Source: Dehalococcoidia bacterium
GTDB taxonomy: Bacteria > Chloroflexota > Dehalococcoidia > Lucifugimonadales > UBA3495
Assembly (NCBI GenBank): GCA_963663945.1
Contig: OY760687.1
Span: 468,555 to 532,554, forward strand
Direction: 5' to 3'
Length of the DNA: 64,000 nt
The notes under the pieces were generated by a model. It did not search any database, had not been told where the DNA came from, and saw nothing but the letters and a program-made list of their open reading frames with translations. Position 1 is the stretch's first letter; each line of letters begins with the position of its first letter. Made by a program: the position numbers and the translations under genes. Positions 55,325 through 62,455 of the stretch are shown piece by piece.

Positions 55325-56722
55325 ATGCATATCGACACGATCAGACTCGGAAACGTGGCTCCATTTACAGAGGAAGTGAAGTTTGACTTCAAGGGGAAAG
55401 TTAACGTTTTCATTGGAGCAAACGCAACGGGCAAGACCACTTTATTGCAGACGATCTCGCCAAACATCGCATGGCGCGATATCAGGCAATCGTTTGATGT
55501 GGATCGGACCTTTGAAGTATTCGTGAGTCCTGATTGGCCGCCGGGTGCAGATGGGTTTGTTGACACCCGCGCCGTCCCTTGGATTTATGTGCCACCGATC
55601 CGGACCATATTGCCCGTGCTTACGGATCTTTCGACACGATTTCTTTCCAGCCGCAATGTCGCTGGCGGCGATATCAACATGGCATTGGAGGTGTTGCCAC
55701 ATAGATTCGAAGCCGAGGATGTGTACGACGCCGTTCAAATCATGACTGTGAATAGCACTAAGCCGGATGAGACTCAAATTCGGCCGATTATGAGGCGAGC
55801 ATACAGTGTGGCTAAATCAGTCTGCCGAGAAATTCTGCGGGGCGACGAACCCAAAGAGTTTACCAACCAAGTCAATCTAGGCGACGGCCCTGACGATAAC
55901 TATCTCGTTACGATTCCGCATTATGGGATGGGGGTCGAAATCGCCGACAAACCAGGAGAACCAATCTTCGCGGGCGAATTGTCTGCGGGTGTACAAAGCA
56001 TATTTTTGGTTGCCCTCCATCTATCTTTGAAAATCGTAAACGATTACAAGCAGACAGAAAGATGGAGAGACCTACCAGACAACTGGCACAGTAAACCAGC
56101 AATTCTATTGATCGACGAGATCGAAAACCATTTGCATCCCACCTGGCAACGCAGAGTGATCCCTGCACTCCTCGACCATTTCAAGGGGTTACAAATTTTC
56201 GCGACCACCCATTCGCCGTTTGTTGTGGCAGGGCTAAAAGCTGGACAGATCCATAAATTGTACAAAAACAACCGCGGGACGATTTGCACGGAACGAAACG
56301 CGGAGGACGTGGTCGGTTGGACAGTCGAGGAAATCCTACGGGAATTCATGGAAGTCTCAGATCCGACGGATGAAGCTACGGCTAAGTGTGCTTCCGTCTT
56401 GCGCTGGCTTCGATATCAACAACCTGAGGAAACGGACATTGAAAGATGGCAACATGCCAAAATCGTAGAATTGCAACGCATCGCACATCCGCATCCTGAT
56501 CAATCTGCGGCATTGCAGTGGTTATCGGAAGAAGTAAATGCTCGTGGGGATGCTTTTGAATGGTGGCGGTCTCAGATTGCGCATTTGGAAGAAATATTAA
56601 CTCCAGAGTTAGAAACCCATGGACCGATCGCCGCTCAAAATCAGATACTCATGCGGCAACTTGCAGACCTGTTGGAAGGAGATGGAGAACCAACAAGCGT
56701 TGACGGGGAGGAACCAGACTGA
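55325..56722 (+). CDS. AAA/ABC-type ATPase, Septu PtuA-like
   Basis: 465 aa. Walker A GANATGKTTLL, signature-like ELSAGVQS, Walker B ILLIDEIENHLHP, H-loop ATTHSPFV, and a helical acidic C-terminus. Overlaps the next gene by 1 nt. Markedly lower G+C than the core. Confidence 0.8.
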   Translation: MHIDTIRLGNVAPFTEEVKFDFKGKVNVFIGANATGKTTLLQTISPNIAWRDIRQSFDVDRTFEVFVSPDWPPGADGFVDTRAVPWIYVPPIRTILPVLTDLSTRFLSSRNVAGGDINMALEVLPHRFEAEDVYDAVQIMTVNSTKPDETQIRPIMRRAYSVAKSVCREILRGDEPKEFTNQVNLGDGPDDNYLVTIPHYGMGVEIADKPGEPIFAGELSAGVQSIFLVALHLSLKIVNDYKQTERWRDLPDNWHSKPAILLIDEIENHLHPTWQRRVIPALLDHFKGLQIFATTHSPFVVAGLKAGQIHKLYKNNRGTICTERNAEDVVGWTVEEILREFMEVSDPTDEATAKCASVLRWLRYQQPEETDIERWQHAKIVELQRIAHPHPDQSAALQWLSEEVNARGDAFEWWRSQIAHLEEILTPELETHGPIAAQNQILMRQLADLLEGDGEPTSVDGEEPD

Positions 56723-57462
56723 TGCACTCCGTGCCACCACAGCCGGCACCTGCATATCTGGCGGCATTCAAGCGTGCTCACCACGACCAAACCACTGGGC
56801 AATTCCGTTGGAATTTGTCACCCAACGAACATTCCGTTCTCATCGCGGACTTGGCTAGTCAATTTGGTGCCCCCCGCCGTCCGTCAATAGGTGAAAGTGC
56901 CAAACCCGATCCGGGCGAAGGTATTTGCGCATATTGCGAGCGCTCGTGTAGCAAGATTCCTGGTAGTCCCACTACCAATGAGATAGACCATTTCTACCCA
57001 CGTAGCGACTGGAACGCCTTAGTATTCGAATGGACCAATCTCATGTACGTGTGTCGGCGTTGTAACGATGCCAAGGATGACGGCGCGTTTGTCTCAAACC
57101 TGAAAAGCGACCCAGATAGCTACGTCAACCCACGCGCGCCACAAGCTGAGAATTATTTTGCGTTCCAAGTCACGGAAACTGACTGCCGGATGATCCCCAA
57201 CGAGAATCTACAATCCAAGGCAGATATCGAGAAAGCCCAACGCACGATTCGTGACTTGGGCCTAGACCGGGTGGATACCATAAGAAATAGAAATGTACGG
57301 CTTTTGAGAGCAAATTACTTGAGACAAATAGCATATGTACTATCTAAAATTCCTCAGGGAAAAAGAGAAAACTTATTACGGAGATTGAGTGATCGGAATT
57401 GCGAGTTTTCAAGCACGGTCATATGGGCTAGGGCGTGTCTACATTCAGTGAGCACACTCTAG
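56722..57462 (+). CDS. HNH endonuclease (TIGR02646-like), Septu PtuB-like
   Basis: 246 aa. The beta-beta-alpha-Me/Zn-finger motif is CAYCERSC..NEIDHFYPRS..WTNLMYVCRRCNDAKDD. Confidence 0.8.
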   Translation: MHSVPPQPAPAYLAAFKRAHHDQTTGQFRWNLSPNEHSVLIADLASQFGAPRRPSIGESAKPDPGEGICAYCERSCSKIPGSPTTNEIDHFYPRSDWNALVFEWTNLMYVCRRCNDAKDDGAFVSNLKSDPDSYVNPRAPQAENYFAFQVTETDCRMIPNENLQSKADIEKAQRTIRDLGLDRVDTIRNRNVRLLRANYLRQIAYVLSKIPQGKRENLLRRLSDRNCEFSSTVIWARACLHSVSTL

Positions 57463-57542
57463 GAACGCAACTCAGCAGGGTACCCGCCAAGACTGGCGTA
57501 CAAAAACCCCTGGCACCGCAGCAGCCAACCGCAGAAAAGAAC

Positions 57543-57575
57543 GAGCGGGCACCACACGGTGCCCGCTCTCTTTTA
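57543..57575 (+). terminator. rho-independent terminator after the HNH gene
   Basis: 11-bp perfect stem gagcgggcacc / ggtgcccgctc with loop acac, followed by tctttta. Confidence 0.7.
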
Positions 57576-57831
57576 CCAACCGCCGGTCCCTATCAACAGA
57601 ACCCGCGACACAAAGGTTGCTTTTTTTTGATCAGCGGCTTTAGAATAGCGGTGACGGCAGTTTTGCAGGCGACCGTCACCACAGCGGAGAAAGGAGTCGG
57701 GCACTTTTTTGGTGCCTCAGCGGGAAGCCCGCGCCCTCTTAAAGGGACGGGCCAACCTCCTTTCGCTGTGATTATAACACCGGGCTATCGAGGCTACTCA
57801 AGCGCCTGCTGACATCGAATGGAGGGTAACC

Positions 57832-58380
57832 ATGCCAACCACCCTTGAGGAACAAATTGCCAATTACAGGGAAGCCCGCGCCATCGTCGTAGACTCCCTC
57901 GCCGAACTTGACAACAAAATCGAGCTACTCACTAAAGCCAAACGATTGCTCGAAACTGACGTGACGCTGGCAATCAGTCATTTTAGCGGGCAAGACCACC
58001 CTAACAAATTCGTACCTACCCAAGCCCAAGTCGTGACCATCGGATTCCCTGATGTAGACACATCATCCATCGCCGGGTGCGACAGCATCCCAGAAGCGAT
58101 GGAGGCATGGGCGGAGGCAAACAACGACGAGGTCAAAGGCAAGATTCTTGGCGCGGCACTCAGGAAGATTGGGCTCAGTACAGCAAAGGACGACAATAGC
58201 GTGGCTGCCTCCATCCACAACATAGCGACGAAATCTCACGCGCAGAAATGGCAGAAAATCGGCCCCGGCCACTTCAGGCTCCGGCGCGAACTCCCGGAAG
58301 CCGAAGTCTCCCAAGACCTCAACTCCGACGTCCCGGACCTCGGAATTCAGCCCGACACTGACCCTCTCACCGACCATTAA
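57832..58380 (+). CDS. hypothetical protein (182 aa): N-terminal coiled coil + possible winged-helix (HARE-HTH-like) segment
   Basis: GGAGGG 5 nt upstream of the ATG. MPTTLEEQIANYREARAIVVDSLAELDNKIELLTKAKRLLE.. ; ..IPEAMEAWAEANNDEVKGKILGAALRKIGLSTAKDDNSVAASIHNIATKSHAQKWQKIGPGHFRLRR.. The family call is tentative. Confidence 0.55.
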   Translation: MPTTLEEQIANYREARAIVVDSLAELDNKIELLTKAKRLLETDVTLAISHFSGQDHPNKFVPTQAQVVTIGFPDVDTSSIAGCDSIPEAMEAWAEANNDEVKGKILGAALRKIGLSTAKDDNSVAASIHNIATKSHAQKWQKIGPGHFRLRRELPEAEVSQDLNSDVPDLGIQPDTDPLTDH

Positions 58381-58488
58381 CGGCCCGCCCAATACGGGCA
58401 TCCGCAATACCCAAAATCGCTCCCAAAATGACACTCTCAAGTTGCGGAGTCTGCCTATAAAACGTACAATCGTTCTCAATTAACATAC

Positions 58489-58525
58489 ATCGGGGTCGCC
58501 AGTTCTTCAGGCCGACGACCCCGAT
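58489..58525 (+). other. 10-bp perfect hairpin (atcggggtcg / cgaccccgat), possibly a terminator or an IS-end structure
   Basis: Read directly. 17-nt loop, no U-tract. It lies between the orphan gene and the IS5-family transposase. Confidence 0.3.
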
Positions 58526-58691
58526 TACGAAAGCGCCGCCCAGGACCGTCATATCCAAGGGGCTTTCGTTCTCGATTCTAACGGCGCGTGCCGCATCGCA
58601 CAACCCCCATCCGTCATGGGGGTAACCTTCAACGCGCGCCTCAACCGGGACGAAGTCCCTGCGGTTCCACGGGCGAACCGGAGGGACCCAG

Positions 58692-59612
58692 ATGCCCACA
58701 CGTTTCTACTGCACCGACCGTCAGTGGCGAAAGAGAATCTCCTCACTTCTACCAGGCCAAGAGGGACATCCAGGCTACACAGCCCACGACAACCGTGTCG
58801 ACTTCGAAGCCATGCTCGAGTCCGCTCATGAGGGCCACACCTGTCGTGGCCTCGACCAGACCTTCGGGAAATGGGGCAGCGTCTGCCAGAGAATGGACCG
58901 CTGGGAACAGCAAGGCGTGTTCCACAGATTATTCAACGAATTGGTCGCCAAGCACGGCGTGAGCTCACTCATAGTCGACGGCACCATCGTATCGGTCCAC
59001 CAAGACGCAACCGGAGCCCGTAGAGCACACGGCGACCCAGAGAGTCAAGCCATCGGACACAGCAGGGGCGGTCGCACCACCAAAATCATCGCTGCCTGCG
59101 ACGAAAGCGGCGACGTGTTCAACCTCCTCGTCGTGCCAGGTAACGACAACGAGTCGCCATACACACAACGCCTCATCAACGGCATAGAGGCTGAGTTTTT
59201 CATAGCCGACAAGGCGTACGACAGTGACAAGCTGCTCGATGCCGTCGCACAACGAGGAACCGAAATCGTGGTGCCCCCTCGGTCCAATCGCCTGGTCCAG
59301 CGCAACTACGACAAAGAGAAGTACAAAACCAGGAACTTAATTGAACGCGCCTTCCAAAAGATGAAGAGGTTCCGCGCTATCGCCACGAGGTACAGAAAGA
59401 CCGCACGGATGTATGTCGCGCTCATCATCCTCATCCTGGTGTACCTCATCACCAAAAGAGGCAAAAGCGGGCTGCGCTTCGTCCAAATCTGGCGGTACCC
59501 ACAACCGCCCACCAAGTACGAACTCTACGTTCCCGAGAACCTGCGGCAGGAATACGAGAGATTCCAACGCCCCCACCGAGCAGACTTTGCTTGGTTTGAC
59601 CCACCGACTTGA
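58692..59612 (+). CDS. IS5-family (IS427/IS1031-like, DUF4096 + DDE) transposase with an atypical ~60-aa C-terminal extension
   Basis: 306 aa. N-terminal ..TDRQWRKRISSLLPG..DNRVDFEAML..FGKWGSVCQRMDRWEQQGVF.. DDE residues lie in LIVDGTIV, FIADKAYDSD and NLIERAFQKMKRFRAIATRY. I could not identify the element ends (IRs). Confidence 0.75.
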   Translation: MPTRFYCTDRQWRKRISSLLPGQEGHPGYTAHDNRVDFEAMLESAHEGHTCRGLDQTFGKWGSVCQRMDRWEQQGVFHRLFNELVAKHGVSSLIVDGTIVSVHQDATGARRAHGDPESQAIGHSRGGRTTKIIAACDESGDVFNLLVVPGNDNESPYTQRLINGIEAEFFIADKAYDSDKLLDAVAQRGTEIVVPPRSNRLVQRNYDKEKYKTRNLIERAFQKMKRFRAIATRYRKTARMYVALIILILVYLITKRGKSGLRFVQIWRYPQPPTKYELYVPENLRQEYERFQRPHRADFAWFDPPT

Positions 59613-59760
59613 AATTGACGCACTGACAACACCACGTTGCCGCACCTTCCTCAACCGTGGGATACTGCGCCAGTGTTTCCACAACGGTACGTGGCGCCAC
59701 CTCTGAGTTGTGGTAGGTCGCCCACCATCAGGGAACAAATCGTTACCTGGGGCGCTCGAC

Positions 59761-60015
59761 ATGGCTCAACAACCCTTCGGCGGACTTCACGAACACGATG
59801 CCAACCAAGTCATCGCGGAATGGCTTGGAACATCGCGTCCTGATTGGCAGGTTTCTGGCGAAAGGACCCGCACCATAAAGGACAGCGCGGACCGTCCCGA
59901 CGTCATCATCCAGCAGGGCGTGAGGATGCCCGTCATCATCGAGTGCGAGTATGACAAGCCGGCGGTCGGCGATGCCCAAAAAAGGCTGGGCAAAGAACTG
60001 GTCAACGAGACCCGT
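59761..60015 (+). pseudogene. 5' fragment (85 codons) of a nuclease-like/N6-adenine DNA methyltransferase gene interrupted by IS21
   Basis: MAQQPFGGLHEHDANQVIAEWLG..RPDVIIQQGVRMPVIIECEYDKPAVGDAQKRLGKELVNETR. The frame then runs into IS sequence and joins in frame to 62456.. once the IS and one copy of 'cccgt' are removed. Confidence 0.65.
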
Positions 60016-60052
60016 TGTCCCGCGTCAACCATTCTTGCCGATTTATCGTCGA

Positions 60053-60871
60053 TTAGTTTTGCCGGTTCACCTCCTTGGCAGGCGCAGCGTTGGCGTCGGC
60101 CGCGGCAGTCTCGCCGCGTTGCTGTGCTGCGTCAGTCCGGTAGCTGGGGACGTCGAATTCCAGGATGACGGAGTGGTGAACCACCCGGTCAATCGCTGCG
60201 GCGGTGGCCATGGGATTGGCAAAGATGCGCTCCCACTCCGAGAAGACCAGGTTGGACGTGATGCCCAACGACCGGCGTTCGTAGCGTTCTGCGATGAGGG
60301 TGAAGAGGACCTCGGACTCCTCAGTACCCTGGGGCAGGTAGCCGAGATCGTCCAGGAGGAGGAAGTCGAAGTTGTCCAGCTTGCGCAGTTGTCGGGGCAG
60401 GTCGAAGTCACGCTTGGCGGCCAGCAGATCCTGCACCAGACGGTAGGCCGGTGCGAAGAGGACGGAGTGGCCGGCCTCCACCAGGCGGTGTCCCAGAGCG
60501 CAGAGCGCGTGGGTCTTGCCGGTGCCGGGGAGCCCGAAGGCCAGCACGTTGACGCCGTGATCCACGAAGCTGCCCTGGGCCAGTTGGTCCATCTGCTGCC
60601 GTAGAGCGAGGGGCATCCGGTGATGCTCGAAGGTCTCCCAGGTCTTGCCCGAGGGGAGCCGGGACGCCTGACGCAGCCGGTTGATGCGCCGGTGGCGGCG
60701 ATCCTCGGCTTCCTGCTCCAGCACCTCCAGGAAGGTGGACAGGGCCTCGCCGTGGCCAGCCTCGGTGAAACGGGCCACCGACTGAGCGCCCATGGTGGGC
60801 AGCTTGAATTCGCGGCAGAGCTGACCGATGCGCTCCGGGATCACGCTGGTGTCGGTGTCCATCATGCGCAC
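60053..60871 (-). CDS. istB: IS21-family helper ATPase IstB
   Basis: 272 aa. Walker A GLPGTGKTH, Walker B FLLLDDLGY. Confidence 0.9.
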   Translation of the reverse strand: MRMMDTDTSVIPERIGQLCREFKLPTMGAQSVARFTEAGHGEALSTFLEVLEQEAEDRRHRRINRLRQASRLPSGKTWETFEHHRMPLALRQQMDQLAQGSFVDHGVNVLAFGLPGTGKTHALCALGHRLVEAGHSVLFAPAYRLVQDLLAAKRDFDLPRQLRKLDNFDFLLLDDLGYLPQGTEESEVLFTLIAERYERRSLGITSNLVFSEWERIFANPMATAAAIDRVVHHSVILEFDVPSYRTDAAQQRGETAAADANAAPAKEVNRQN

Positions 60872-62364
60872 ACCCCCACCATGGCCGTACTGCTCGTGAG
60901 CAGACCGTCGTAGATCTTCAGGTCCGGCTTCCCAGAGAGGACCAGCACCGGAGCCTGGGGCACCCTGGGCTCGGCCAGTTCCCGCACCTCGGCGTAGTCG
61001 AAGGGCTGACCGGTCTCCAGCAGCAGCGACAGGGCGCTGTCCACCATGACCTCCATGGTGGTGGCCGCCAGGTGCAGGATGCGCACGTACTCCACGTCGG
61101 CGCGCTCACCGCGCCACTGCCTGAGCGCATCGTAGGCCAGCCGGAAGTGCAGGGTGGGAAAGAGCTGCTCCCTGAAGCGGTACCGGGCGAATGCTCCGGG
61201 CTTGCGCACCAGGGAATTGATCACGTGGCGGTAATTGACGTTTACTTCCCCATCACCGTGCACGCGCGCCATGCGTTCCACAAAGTGGCCCTTGTAGTAC
61301 ACTTCCACGTGCTCGGAATAGAGGCGGATCTGTACCACCTTGCCAATGAGCCGGGACGGGACGCTGTAGCTGCGTCCCGCCACCTGGATCGTACTCCACC
61401 GGCGCACCTTGGACTGGTAGTTGGCGTATTCCGGCATGGGGGCTGGCGGCAGGGGTCTTAGGCAAGCCATTTCCTGCTCCAGCTTCCCCCGCACCAGGCG
61501 GTTTCGCTTCTCCACCATCTCCCGTACGAAACCGGCGTAGTCGTCGGCGGTGTGGAAATCGCGGCTGCCGCGCATGATCAAAGCCTGGTCCACGGCATCC
61601 TTCAAACGGTAGTGAGCGTGCTCGGCAACGCCGTTTTCGTGGCTCTTGCCAGGATTGATGCGGGTGGATCGGACACCGTAGTGGTCCAGCAGGGCGGCGT
61701 AATTGTCGTTTAGCGCCCGGCCTCGGCTGCGTTTCATCTCGTGGGTGGCAGCAGAGGTATTGTCGGAACGCACCACCTCCGGTACGCCGCCCAGGGCCCA
61801 GAGCGCATTCTGTAATCCCTGCTTGAGGGCCAGGAAGGTCTCGCCGGCGGCGACCTCCGCGTAGCGCCAGCCCGAGTGGCTGAGGATCAGCTGAAACAGC
61901 AGGTGGGGGTAGGGCTCACCGGCGACGGTCACCCCCAGGGCGCTGCAGTGGGTGAAATCAAACTGGGCCTCCCGACCCGGCGGATGCTCCTGGGGGAAGT
62001 AAACCTCCTGATCCGGGCCATTCAGCGCCCGCCAGTCCTGTAATCGTCGTTGCAGGGTGCGCAGCTGGGAGGCGCTGAACTGGCCAGGATGCTGCTCCTC
62101 CAGCCATTCGATAATCGTCGTTGCCTTCAGCTTGCCCTTGGGGTCGTCCCGCAGCAGGGGCTCAATCTCCTCTTCCCACACCCCGTCGAAGGGGTCGGAC
62201 CGAGTGCGCCACCAGCGCTCCGGTTTGGTCTCCGACGGCAACGGGCCACTCTGCCATTTGCGCGCCGACCGCACGCTCATCCCAGACATGGCGGCCGCCG
62301 TCTCCTGTGTCTTGCCTTCCATACGTTTTTGCCTCAAAAGTCTGACTTGTCGGTCCTTGATCAA
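60862..62364 (-). CDS. istA: IS21-family transposase IstA
   Basis: 500 aa. N-terminal HTH (..TQETAAAMSGMSVRSARKW..), a DDE core (..QFDFTH.., ..VVRSDNTSAAT..) and a 10-nt overlap with istB. Confidence 0.9.
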   Translation of the reverse strand: MIKDRQVRLLRQKRMEGKTQETAAAMSGMSVRSARKWQSGPLPSETKPERWWRTRSDPFDGVWEEEIEPLLRDDPKGKLKATTIIEWLEEQHPGQFSASQLRTLQRRLQDWRALNGPDQEVYFPQEHPPGREAQFDFTHCSALGVTVAGEPYPHLLFQLILSHSGWRYAEVAAGETFLALKQGLQNALWALGGVPEVVRSDNTSAATHEMKRSRGRALNDNYAALLDHYGVRSTRINPGKSHENGVAEHAHYRLKDAVDQALIMRGSRDFHTADDYAGFVREMVEKRNRLVRGKLEQEMACLRPLPPAPMPEYANYQSKVRRWSTIQVAGRSYSVPSRLIGKVVQIRLYSEHVEVYYKGHFVERMARVHGDGEVNVNYRHVINSLVRKPGAFARYRFREQLFPTLHFRLAYDALRQWRGERADVEYVRILHLAATTMEVMVDSALSLLLETGQPFDYAEVRELAEPRVPQAPVLVLSGKPDLKIYDGLLTSSTAMVGVCA

Positions 62365-62455
62365 TCCGGCACCTCCGTGCCGGACGATTTACACCATCCC
62401 AACCGGCAAGAATAGTCGGCGCAAGAGGCATTCCTTATTGTCGTCTATCACCCGT

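Larger units (their letters stand above)
60016..62450 (-). mobile_element. IS21-family insertion sequence (istA + istB), ~2.43 kb
   Basis: TG...CA termini (tgtccc... / ...tctatca). 5-bp (possibly 6-bp) direct repeat (a)cccgt at 60011..60015 and 62451..62455. Sub-terminal inverted copies of attcttgccg at 60031..60040 and 62404..62413, plus a further ttttgccggtt copy. G+C is higher than the surrounding island. The outermost ~20 nt of the right end are the least certain; 62430 is an alternative end. Confidence 0.7.

Noticed and set aside
57435-57812. 125-aa ORF spanning the Septu-orphan spacer
   Set aside because: It starts inside the HNH gene, crosses a strong terminator hairpin and a T8 run, and has a low-complexity P/A/G/T-rich translation. 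Treated as non-coding.
57463-57831. Possibility that the structured spacer is a retron msr/msd associated with the PtuAB-like pair
   Set aside because: No reverse transcriptase gene anywhere in the island portion visible here, and no obvious a1/a2 flanking inverted repeats. Kept only as a generic ncRNA candidate.
58367-58699. 110-aa minus-strand ORF between the orphan gene and the IS5 transposase
   Set aside because: No RBS or motif. It overlaps the hairpin and the probable IS-flank region. Its composition is unlike the neighbouring genes.
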